Positions 50,555 through 58,707 of a stretch of 64,000 nt of DNA are shown one piece after another. This DNA is from Vicinamibacteria bacterium (GTDB taxonomy: Bacteria; Acidobacteriota; Vicinamibacteria; Marinacidobacterales; Marinacidobacteraceae). The notes under the pieces are model-generated. The model saw only the letters and a program-made list of their open reading frames with translations, did not search any database and was not told the origin of the DNA. Location of the stretch: assembly GCA_964291235.2 (NCBI GenBank), contig OZ219816.1, positions 704,001 through 768,000 on the forward strand. Direction: 5' to 3'. The translations under genes were made by a program, and so were the position numbers. Position 1 is the first letter of the stretch. Each line of letters begins with the position of its first letter.

Positions 50555-52442
50555 CTAACGATTGGGGCAGATTTCCGGCAGGTTCGGCGGGCTCTTCTCC
50601 AACCGGACGTGCGTCGAAAGCCACGTGTTCATCGGGACACCGCCAAGCGCCCACACTTCCACCCGGTAGTCGCAGGGCAAGGACTGCCCCGGGATCTGGA
50701 ACCATTCGAAGGCCGTCTCCGCCGGGATGGTCACGGTCCACCATTTCTGGTTGGGTTCGTTCTGCCATACCTGGATGTTGAATCCGTAACCCAGAACATT
50801 GTCGTTCCGGGAGACGAGAAAGCGGAGGTACGAATATTCCCCGTCAACCGCGTCGCGTCCGCCGGAGAGCGTCTTCGTGGCCGGTACGAGGGTTCCGTAT
50901 TGAGGCAGGCAATAGTCACTCGCCTCGACCTCGAAGTTTGCTGCAACCGGATCCGATCGGAGAGCACGGGCAACATCGCGCGCGCAGCTTCCGCCGGTTG
51001 TGATTTGCCAAGCGTTGCCGACACGGTCCAATCCCGCTGCTGCGCCCTTGTAGACAATCACCGTAGCCCCGTTGGCGTAGTCCGCAGTCGGCGTGGCGCC
51101 CGGTTTCGCCGTCAATCGGAGCCACTCGGTATGGAGCCGGATCCCGCTGCTGTGCCTCACCTCGGTGCTGAACTCCACGCTCGCCGGCCTCGCGGGCAAG
51201 TCCGGTTGGTCCGGTTGGCCTTCGACTCCGATAAGAATGAGATCGTCGTCCCAGACGCGGAGGAGCACGTCCGCCGTCCCGATCCTGAACGGCAACCGGA
51301 TGTCCTCGTAGGCCTCGATCTCCGCCGTGGCGAGGCCGCCGGGCTGCGTCGCCTTGCTGACCACGTTGTCGTCCGTGGTGACGGTGAGGAATCCGGAGAG
51401 CCGGATTTCGTTCGACGTGCCGTCCACGGACCAACCGATGTTGTCCTTCCCGCGGTTCATGCCCGTCAGGATCGTGCTACCCGAGTCGCTCCAGACCGCC
51501 GTCCAACCGGTAGGAACCGAGGCGTCGAAGGTCGGAGCGCCGGTCCCGATCAGAACGCCACCGTCGTAGATCTCAGCCAGGTTGCAGCCCTCGTAGGTGT
51601 CCACCACGAAGTCGCCGCCCTCGGCCCGCGCGCTCATGCGCGGCCGGGGGCCGCTCTCGGCGTGCGGCCGGTAGGGGTAGCCGCAGGACAGGTACATCGT
51701 GGACGTGCCCGTGGCATTCTGAGGATCCGCCAGCGAGTTCACCACCTGCTGCTGCCGGACCGGCTGCTGCTGCCGGACCGGCTCCTGCTGCGGGACCGGC
51801 GTCGGGGCCGCCTCGTCCTCGACGATGACGACCGTCCACACCACGCTGCTTCCGTTGATGTGCAGTCCGACGGACTTGCGGTCTCCCGTGTAATCGGAGT
51901 CGTTCGCCCGGGCGTCGTAGTTGAAACCGAGCGTGCCGTCCGCGTCCCACTTCACCGCGAGCGCGCTCGGGTTCCCGCCCCGCAGCGGAGACACATCGGC
52001 GAAGAGGTTCTGCCAGCCGTTGCTCGCCGTTCCCGTGTTGCCGCCCGGATTGGCGATCCCCGAGCACCGGCCCGCCGCGGAGCCGCCGTCGTTGTAGCGG
52101 CCGTTCTCGGGAATCCGGATCTCCCGCTCGGTAGCGCTCACCGCCACGATCTCCAGGTTGTCCGAGGAGTAGGGCCCCCAGCGGCCACCGGAGCGCGGAG
52201 TGCAGGTCTGCACGGAGGTCGCCAGGATCTGCATCTGCCCGCCCACGGACTGCGCCGTGAGGCCGTCGCCTCCCCCGCCCGCCGGGGGCGCCGCATCCGA
52301 GGCCGCGGGGGAGGGCGCTGCCGGAACGGGCGCGGTGGGGCTATCCGACCCGCAGTTCGCCATGAGGAGAACGGCCAGAGCCGCTACCGCAAGGCCGTGT
52401 CCGGTCCGGGCTTCGTGTGTGTGTGTGTGTGTGTGTGGTCAC
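50555..52442 (-). CDS. Large secreted/surface lipoprotein, frameshifted at a CA repeat (phase-variable candidate)
   Basis: 602-aa ORF from 52363 (MANCGSDSPTAP). In-frame upstream hydrophobic leader is closed by TGA at 52439-52441. GGAGGA RBS plus GTG at 52442 is out of frame across the repeat. Confidence 0.7.
51746..51799. repeat. 3 x 18-bp in-frame tandem repeat (PV-x-QQ-x linker)
   Basis: CTGCTGCTGCCGGACCGG twice plus a degenerate third copy. Confidence 0.8.
52415..52437. repeat. (GT)11G simple sequence repeat
   Basis: Directly visible; lies between the start codon and signal-peptide codons of the lipoprotein gene. Confidence 0.95.
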
Positions 52443-52786
52443 GATTTCCTCCGATATTCTCCGCCGCTTCCGCACGCGCGGCGCGGACTATAACGCCCAC
52501 CTTAGCGCGCCGGTCCAAAGAAGCAAGCGCAAAGGACTTCACAGCCATGATGCCCTCCGCGCCCCGTGCTGAGGCGGATCACCCTCCGAACGCCACCCCG
52601 CCCGCCGACTGTTCCGAGTCGGACAGCGCGCTATGTCCCCCCGCGATGTGTGGCCGGAGCGGCTGCGGGGACGCGAACTCATGGAGGAGTGGTCGGCGTT
52701 TGTCGCACGATCTTGACATTCGCCCAGGCCCCTGACGTGGAGTACAGGTTTCCCTCCAAGGTCGTCCTGAGCGCCGTTTCCGTTGT

Positions 52787-53104
52787 ATGGTTGCCTGCTT
52801 GGTTGAGAAGGCACTGACACGATTCCTGCTTGGCGCCGTTGCCGTACTCGGCGCTTGTGCGGGCCGCACTCCGGCTCCGGCGGTCGAGGGAGTGGTCCCG
52901 CTCCCGGAGAGCGAGGTCCGGATCTACGAAGGCGATGACCGTGTCCCGGTCCACGATGTGGTCGCGATCCTCAAGGTCTCGGAGGAGCCTCCGGAGCGTG
53001 AAGACCTGCGAGAGCGTGCGGCGGAAATGGGCGCCAACGGCATTCTGCTCACGTACTACCGGTCCGGCGAAGGCACGATCGCTGTCGCAATCCGAACACG
53101 ATGA
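52787..53104 (+). CDS. Small lipoprotein (YbjQ/heavy-metal-binding-like fold)
   Basis: Lipobox VLGAC; LRERAAEMGANGILL...AVAIR. Confidence 0.6.
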   Translation: MVACLVEKALTRFLLGAVAVLGACAGRTPAPAVEGVVPLPESEVRIYEGDDRVPVHDVVAILKVSEEPPEREDLRERAAEMGANGILLTYYRSGEGTIAVAIRTR

Positions 53105-53296
53105 GGGGCACCTCTTCGAGCGGCGGCGCGAGTCTTGGGAGAGTGGTCGGCGTTTCTGGACCGGGGTTGAGATTCGTCCAGGCGACGAACCGAATTCGCC
53201 CCCGGCAGGCTCGTAAACCCGGGGTCGAGTGTATTGACTGTGTCTCAGAGCGGCACCTGGCGGGCGGCTTCAGGTTCCCTCGCGAAAGGAGAGACG

Positions 53297-53551
53297 ATGA
53301 GCGACGACGGCAGCCCGGCCCCTGGGCGGCCTGTCACCCTAGAGACGCTCCTCCTTGTCACCTTGGTTGGCGCCGTGATCGGCGTGTACGTTCAGATGGG
53401 GAGTGTGCGCGTTGAAATGGTCGAGCGTGTTGCAACGGTGGAGCGTCGTCTACTCGAGGAGTTCGCGAAGACAGACGAGCGCCTCGCCAGCCTAGAAACC
53501 AAGATCGACATTCAGCAGGGTCCGGCTCAGTCTGGCAACGGAGGCCAGTAA
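53297..53551 (+). CDS. Small single-TM coiled-coil protein
   Basis: AGGAGA RBS; TM LLLVTLVGAVIGVYV; ERLASLET heptads. Confidence 0.6.
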   Translation: MSDDGSPAPGRPVTLETLLLVTLVGAVIGVYVQMGSVRVEMVERVATVERRLLEEFAKTDERLASLETKIDIQQGPAQSGNGGQ

Positions 53552-53649
53552 GGCGGCAATCAGCCTCTAGCGACTCCGACACTCCACCGGGCTCGCTGCG
53601 ACCCGAGACACACTGGCAGGTTTGGTACCCTTAGAGTTGTAGGGACAGC

Positions 53650-53895
53650 ATGAACAACGGGAACGGTTGGCGGAACCTCTGGGCCGGATTGATGGTTGCC
53701 CTCATGGTGGTGCTCGTAGGAGTGGTCGTCCAACTGCATGTCACGATGGCAGATTTCCGAGTCGAGGTCGGCCAAGAAATCGGCTCTGTCCGCCTAGAGA
53801 TGGAGCGTCGATTCGGAGAGGTGAATGAGCGTCTCGCTCGGATCGAAACCCTGATCCAGCGCCTCGATCCGGATCTTTCGCAGCCGGCGGATTGA
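53650..53895 (+). CDS. Small single-TM coiled-coil protein (similar to 53297)
   Basis: TM GLMVALMVVLVGVVV; ERRFGEVNERLARIET. Confidence 0.65.
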   Translation: MNNGNGWRNLWAGLMVALMVVLVGVVVQLHVTMADFRVEVGQEIGSVRLEMERRFGEVNERLARIETLIQRLDPDLSQPAD

Positions 53896-53941
53896 ACGTT
53901 CTTCGGGGACCGTAGGGGATACGCCCAGCCGTATTGGTTCC

Positions 53942-54271
53942 ATGGCAACGCTGGCCTTCCCGTTTCAGTGCGACGGCGGCGCGGATCGCGTGGCCTCAGC
54001 GCTCGGACTCCGGCAGTCCGGATCCGAGTGGATCGGCGACTGCCCCGCTTGCAAGCGCTCTGAGGCTTTGTCAGTCCGGGAGTCGCGCGATGGCCACCCC
54101 GCGCACATCCTTTGCGTCTGCCGGGGAGCGTGCGTGAGCGCGACCGCGTTCCGGACCGCTCTTGACGAAATCCTCGGTCCGGGGTCCCTGACCCAGCCGT
54201 TGCAGAGGAACACCCGGATCGCTGCCGATCTCCTGAGCTCCGGTGAGGGGTTTCCCCGAAAGCCCGAGTGA
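53942..54271 (+). CDS. Stand-alone primase-type zinc-ribbon protein or primase remnant
   Basis: LGLRQSGSEWIGDCPAC...LSV...CVCRGAC; no Toprim or helicase domain follows. Confidence 0.5.
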   Translation: MATLAFPFQCDGGADRVASALGLRQSGSEWIGDCPACKRSEALSVRESRDGHPAHILCVCRGACVSATAFRTALDEILGPGSLTQPLQRNTRIAADLLSSGEGFPRKPE

Positions 54272-54311
54272 GCCGGCGGGCTATGGGAGTCTGCTCCAGT
54301 CTGGATGGGTG

Positions 54312-55907
54312 TTAGCGGCTCTGACCGTGGTCCCGATCCCGCGTCCGGTCGCGCTGGCGGATCACCTCCAGCGCCCGCGCAACGTCTCGGCGAGCGTCTC
54401 GTAGTCCCGGTCCAAGCGCGTCATTTGCGCGCTGAGCAGCTCGACACGCCGCCGCAAGGCTTCGACCTGTGCGGCATGCTGCTCGACTTGCTGCCGCAAG
54501 ATTCCGCTCTCGGCGTCCTGCTGCTCGATGCGCCGCTGCAAGGCTCCGGCCAGCTCGGAGTGCCGCCGCTGCTCCTCGCAGTGCTGCTGCTGTGCCGTCT
54601 CGTACTCCTCGGACAACGCCCGCAAGGCGATCGTCAGTTGCCGTTCCAACTCGGTCATAGAGCTCCCTCACTCGCTCGATAGCTTCAAGGCAGGCCGCCC
54701 GCCCACGGTCCAGGGCGGATCCTCCAGCGCGCCGTCCGGCAGCACCAGGAACCGCTCCCCGTCGATCTCCCGTAGCGTCACGCCCCACGTCGTGTCCTCG
54801 ATCTTGGCCAGCGTGTCCCGGGCCTGATCGATCCGTACCTCCAGCATCGCCAAGGTCTCGATCTGGCTCTGGATGCTCGCCGACAACCATTGCATCAGCC
54901 CCCAGCTCCCGCCGCTGAACCCGAGAAAAAGGCTCAGGCCGACTACCAGGGGCCGCAGCCACGCTTTCAGCAGCATCCCGCGCATCCGCGCGACCGACGC
55001 TTCCGTATCGCTTTCGATGGTACGCAGCGCGCCATTCGCGACGGCGCGCAAGTTCTCGCCAAGCAGCCGCTGCTCGCTCGCCGCTGCCTCCTCGATCTGA
55101 CGGCGGTCGGTCGCCATCCGGTTCCTCATCCGGGCGGTCAAGTCGTTCGGGTCTGAAATCCTGCTCATACAGCGCTCCTTTCAGTCGCCACCGTTTTCCG
55201 CTGTCGGGATCGCGGGCGGTCAGGTAGTCCTTGCCCTGGCGGGGCACCTCGAAGCCGGCCTCCTCCAGCGCGGCAACCACGTCGGCGCGGCTCCGCACCA
55301 CGCCGTGCTCGACCCGCTGCAGCAGGTAGTCGCGGATCAGCTCGCGCGGGCCGGCTTCGTGCTCGAGCCCGGCCCGCAGCTTCGCCGCCTCCAGGTAGGC
55401 GCGATGGCCCGGCTGGTGCGCCCGGGCCCGCGTCGGGTCGTCCGGGCGGCTCCAGCCGTGCTGGTGGTTGAAACCGTCACGTAGCGGGCCGAAGGTCTTC
55501 TGCCAGCCGGGCGGAGCGATGTTCAGACTGCGGCCGGTCTCCAGGTCGCAGCGGGCGGTGAGGATGTGCACGTGGACCCCGGTGCCGTGCTCCCGGTGCA
55601 GGACCGCCGTCCAGGCGTAGCGGTCGGGCTCCAGTCCCGCCCAGGCCGTGTTCTCGAACTCGTCGAGGACAGCCCCGATCTGCGCGTCGGTGGGCCGGTC
55701 TTCCGGCGCCCACGCGATCACGCCCGAGGTGTACTTCCGCTCGAAGCCCAGGGAGTCGGCAAGGGCGGCCACCTGGTCCGGGTTGCCGCGGAGGACCTCG
55801 ATGCCCGGACGCACCCGTCCGGCGGAATCGCGTTCACCGACGAGATAGTCGGCCGAGGCGCGGGCGGAGCCGGTGCCGCCCGCAGCGAAGCTAATGTGCA
55901 TCGTCAC
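54312..55907 (-). CDS. mobA: MOBP-family relaxase, ColE1 MbeA-like
   Basis: GTGSARASADYL (catalytic Tyr), VLRGNP, KYTSGVIAW, LHREHGTGVHVHIL, DLETGRSLN, WRLKGALYE. Confidence 0.88.
   Translation of the reverse strand: MTMHISFAAGGTGSARASADYLVGERDSAGRVRPGIEVLRGNPDQVAALADSLGFERKYTSGVIAWAPEDRPTDAQIGAVLDEFENTAWAGLEPDRYAWTAVLHREHGTGVHVHILTARCDLETGRSLNIAPPGWQKTFGPLRDGFNHQHGWSRPDDPTRARAHQPGHRAYLEAAKLRAGLEHEAGPRELIRDYLLQRVEHGVVRSRADVVAALEEAGFEVPRQGKDYLTARDPDSGKRWRLKGALYEQDFRPERLDRPDEEPDGDRPPSDRGGSGERAAAAWRELARRREWRAAYHRKRYGSVGRADARDAAESVAAAPGSRPEPFSRVQRRELGADAMVVGEHPEPDRDLGDAGGTDRSGPGHAGQDRGHDVGRDATGDRRGAVPGAAGRRAGGSALDRGRAACLEAIERVRELYDRVGTATDDRLAGVVRGVRDGTAAALRGAAAALRAGRSLAAAHRAAGRRERNLAAASRAACRTGRSLAAACRAAQRANDALGPGLRDARRDVARALEVIRQRDRTRDRDHGQSR
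54362..54658 (-). CDS. MbeD/MobD-like protein, nested in relaxase
   Basis: MTELERQLTIALRALSEEY N-terminus typical of MbeD; coiled coil; alternate frame. Confidence 0.75.
   Translation of the reverse strand: MTELERQLTIALRALSEEYETAQQQHCEEQRRHSELAGALQRRIEQQDAESGILRQQVEQHAAQVEALRRRVELLSAQMTRLDRDYETLAETLRGRWR
54668..55168 (-). CDS. MbeB/MobB-like protein, nested in relaxase
   Basis: MSRI start, central TM, TWGVTLREIDGERFLVLP; alternate frame upstream of mbeD. Confidence 0.75.
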   Translation of the reverse strand: MSRISDPNDLTARMRNRMATDRRQIEEAAASEQRLLGENLRAVANGALRTIESDTEASVARMRGMLLKAWLRPLVVGLSLFLGFSGGSWGLMQWLSASIQSQIETLAMLEVRIDQARDTLAKIEDTTWGVTLREIDGERFLVLPDGALEDPPWTVGGRPALKLSSE

Positions 55908-56229
55908 GGTCTCCGCCGAGGCGGGCGACGACGCGCAACGAACGCTCGAACGCGACGAGGTTGGCGATCACCGTCACGGCTTCGGTGGCCGAGGTGTGGG
56001 TGTTGGCCCAGCGCGCGAGCTGGTTCAGGTTGTTGCCGATGCGGGCAACCTGGACGTTGCGCTCGCGCTCGATATCGGCCGCCGCCGCGGTCCAGGTGCG
56101 CGTCCGGGCCATCGCGTTCCGGAGCAGTGTGGACAGCGGGACTCCGGCAGCCGCGGCCTTGGCGCGCCAGGCGGCGCGGTCCGCCGGTGATACGCGGAGG
56201 TGGATCTGCACGGAGCGGCGCTCAGCCAT
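55891..56229 (-). CDS. mobC: MobC/MbeC relaxosome accessory protein
   Basis: RHH N-terminus; QVARIGNNLNQLARWAN. Confidence 0.9.
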   Translation of the reverse strand: MAERRSVQIHLRVSPADRAAWRAKAAAAGVPLSTLLRNAMARTRTWTAAAADIERERNVQVARIGNNLNQLARWANTHTSATEAVTVIANLVAFERSLRVVARLGGDRDDAH

Positions 56230-56239
56230 GGGCGCACCG

Positions 56240-56426
56240 GTGAGGGGGTTCAGGGGGCGGCGCCCCCCGTCCGCGCACCGCTTCGGCGGTGGCGCGGCGG
56301 GCCGGGGGTTCGGGGGGCGATGCCCCCCGGCCGCACGCTGCTCCCGCAGCGGCGGATGCCGGGGGTTCGAAGGGGGGCGCAGCCTCCCCTCGCCAGTCCC
56401 ATTGTGTACACAATGGGTATGCTGGC
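56240..56426. other. Candidate oriT
   Basis: Perfect 20-bp palindrome CCCATTGTGTACACAATGGG (56398-56417) followed by TATGCTGGC (nic-like); three G/C hairpins between it and mobC. Confidence 0.6.
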
Positions 56427-56582
56427 CCTCGTGCCTTAGTGGTCATCAGGAAGGCACGAAGCCTGCCCCGAGTCCCGTGACGAGTGTTACCAGCCTATCG
56501 ACGGATAGGCTGCAAATGAGCGATCCGCCCTTGGCGTGTTATTGGCTTGCCGGCCACCGGCCGGACGCGAGAACGGGCTCGC

Positions 56583-56861
56583 TCAGCTGCCGCCGGGGAA
56601 GTTCCGGAAACCCGGTGCGGGACGGAAACGCACCACGCGTCCCGGGCGAATGCCCGCCGGCTCGCCGGTGCGTGGATTTCGCGCCTTTCCCGTCTTGCGG
56701 GGGCGCGTGTGGAAGACCCCGAACCGCCGGAGCACCACACGGTCGCCGCGCGCCAGCGCGGAGGCAACGGATTCGAACAGCGCCTCCACGGCGTCCTGCG
56801 CGGCGGGAGACTCCAGATTCGCCGCCTCCATCGCCCGGTCGACGAGGTCCGCCTTCACCAT
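56583..56861 (-). CDS. HU/IHF family DNA-bending protein
   Basis: MVKADLV, GDRVVLRRFGVF, ARNPRTGE, VRFRP. Confidence 0.9.
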   Translation of the reverse strand: MVKADLVDRAMEAANLESPAAQDAVEALFESVASALARGDRVVLRRFGVFHTRPRKTGKARNPRTGEPAGIRPGRVVRFRPAPGFRNFPGGS

Positions 56862-57104
56862 GCGGAGCGCATCATGGGCGACACGCGACATCGAATAGTC
56901 TCTCCGACCACAGGAGCTGGAGAGCCGGACTCCGGTGACCTCCTCCACCCATCCCGCCGCTGGCGGCTCCGGCGGCAGTTGCCGCCGCCAGTGGCACCCC
57001 GACGCCGCCGCCCAAACTGATGCACCAACGGGTTCGCTCGCGCTGATCGTCATGGGAAGGCTGGCCGCGCCGTCCGGGCGGATTCGGTGACGGAGACTGG
57101 GCCG

Positions 57105-57221
57105 GTGGGAAAAAGACGCCGCCGGCAGCCGAGGTCAGTCTGGGGGTTGCTCGGGGTCCTGTTTGCCGTGTGGCTCGCCTTTGCGGTCGTATCCGTTGCC
57201 CTGCTCTCGGGGAGCTGCTGA
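57105..57221 (+). CDS. Putative 38-aa basic hydrophobic peptide
   Basis: GGAG RBS, GTG start; MGKRRRRQPRSVWGLLGVLFAVWLAFAVVSVALLSGSC. Confidence 0.35.
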   Translation: MGKRRRRQPRSVWGLLGVLFAVWLAFAVVSVALLSGSC

Positions 57222-57349
57222 GGCCCGGAGCCTCGGTCCGGGCCGGAGATCGCGTGTGGCTTGAAGTCACGGATAGCTTGGGCCGCTACCGGGCTGCGGC
57301 GGCAGCCGGTAGAGGCCAGTTGCGCGGTCGCGGAACCTCTGGCGCTACC

Positions 57350-58522
57350 TCACGTTCCGGCCAGGAACGCGGCCCACTGCTCCATGAGCGCCCGCCGCCG
57401 CTCGAACAGGTCCGACCGCCGGTAGGCGGCCTCGATGGCGTTCGTGTTCACGTGCGCCAGCGCTAACTCGCACACCTCACGCGGAGCGTCCGAACACTCC
57501 GCCGCCCAGTCACGGAAGCTGGAACGGAAGCCGTGCGGCACCGCACCGATCCCCAGATCCCGGACCAGCTTCGCGATCGCCCGCTTGGACAGCAGCCCGC
57601 CCCGCGCCGAGGGGAACACCGGCCCCGCACCGTCCGCGAGCGCACGCGCCTTCTGGAGCACCGCCAGCGCCCCGCTGGACAGTGGAACCCGGTGCTCCCG
57701 GTTCGTCTTCATCCGCTCCGCGGGAATGCGCCACTCCTGCCGCTCAAGGTCTATCTCACTCCACCGCGCGCCGCGCACCTCGCCGCTCCGGCACGCCGTC
57801 AGCACCAGGAACTCAAACGCCAGTACCGTCGCCGGATACGCGCCCGACCCCCGCACCGTCTCGATGGCTACGGCGACCTCCGCGTACGGGAGCGCGGGGA
57901 GATGGCGCACCGGCACTCCGTTCCTGGGCAGGGCCGCCCCGATGGCCTCCCCCGCCGGGTTGTCCTCCCGGTAGCCCTGCGCCACCGCCCAGCGCATCAC
58001 TGCCGAGATCCGGTGCCGCACCCGACGCGCGGTCACCCGCTTCTCATTCCAGATCGGGAGCAGGATCCCCATCACGTCCGCCGTGGCGATCCGGTCCACC
58101 GGCCTCCCGCCGAGCTTCGGCAGGGCGTAGTCCCGGAGCGTCCCGCGCCAGTCCTCCTCGGACCGGCTTCCGTTCTTCCAACCGGCCCGATGCACGGCGA
58201 TCACCTTCTCGACGGCGTCCTCGAACATCGGGACCGTCCGCTTCCGGCCGGTCACCAGTTCCCCGCGTCGCCGGGCGGCGAGGTTCAGGGCGCACTTCTC
58301 GCGGGCTTCGGCCAGGCTGACGTGGGGCCATGATCCGAGTCCGAGGTTGCGCTGGCGACCGTCCACGCTGATGCGCTGCGCCCAGGACTTGGCCAGGTGT
58401 CCTCGGGCCGTATGCTTGACGAGGAGTGAGAGGCCGCCGGAGCCGCGTCCGTCGCCGTAGCGTCCGGGGTGCTCAATGGTGGCGACGAAGCGGGCGGAGA
58501 GGCGATAGGGTCGCTCCATCAT
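57350..58522 (-). CDS. Tyrosine integrase, P4/IntA-like with arm-binding domain
   Basis: YGDG..GLSL, LGLGSWPHVSLAEAR, LTACRSGEV, RMK..REHRVPL, HGFRSSFRDW, LAH, AY. Confidence 0.93.
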   Translation of the reverse strand: MMERPYRLSARFVATIEHPGRYGDGRGSGGLSLLVKHTARGHLAKSWAQRISVDGRQRNLGLGSWPHVSLAEAREKCALNLAARRRGELVTGRKRTVPMFEDAVEKVIAVHRAGWKNGSRSEEDWRGTLRDYALPKLGGRPVDRIATADVMGILLPIWNEKRVTARRVRHRISAVMRWAVAQGYREDNPAGEAIGAALPRNGVPVRHLPALPYAEVAVAIETVRGSGAYPATVLAFEFLVLTACRSGEVRGARWSEIDLERQEWRIPAERMKTNREHRVPLSSGALAVLQKARALADGAGPVFPSARGGLLSKRAIAKLVRDLGIGAVPHGFRSSFRDWAAECSDAPREVCELALAHVNTNAIEAAYRRSDLFERRRALMEQWAAFLAGT

Positions 58523-58636
58523 GGCTTTTTCGTTCCTGAGGAGGGTTGTTGGTTCCTACCACTACCAAGTGGATATCAGAAAAACGGCGGGAACTATCGA
58601 GCTGCGGTCGTCCTCGGATGGAACACTATAGCACGA

Positions 58637-58649
58637 TAACTCGTTGATA
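58637..58649 (-). promoter_or_regulatory. IHF consensus site inside right att
   Basis: Reverse complement is TATCAACGAGTTA; 12/13 identical to the left site. Confidence 0.7.
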
Positions 58650-58707
58650 TACAACATGGATCGAAGCATGCAGAGGCACCAATCGGAATCTCATAGAACA
58701 GCAGAAG

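Noticed and set aside
50387-52735. 782-aa plus-strand ORF
   Set aside because: Antisense to the lipoprotein, Arg-rich and low in information; CVCVCV is just the GT tract.
52687-54271. Integron cassette array
   Set aside because: No RYYYAAC...GTTRRRY attC structures, and the integrase is P4-like, not IntI.
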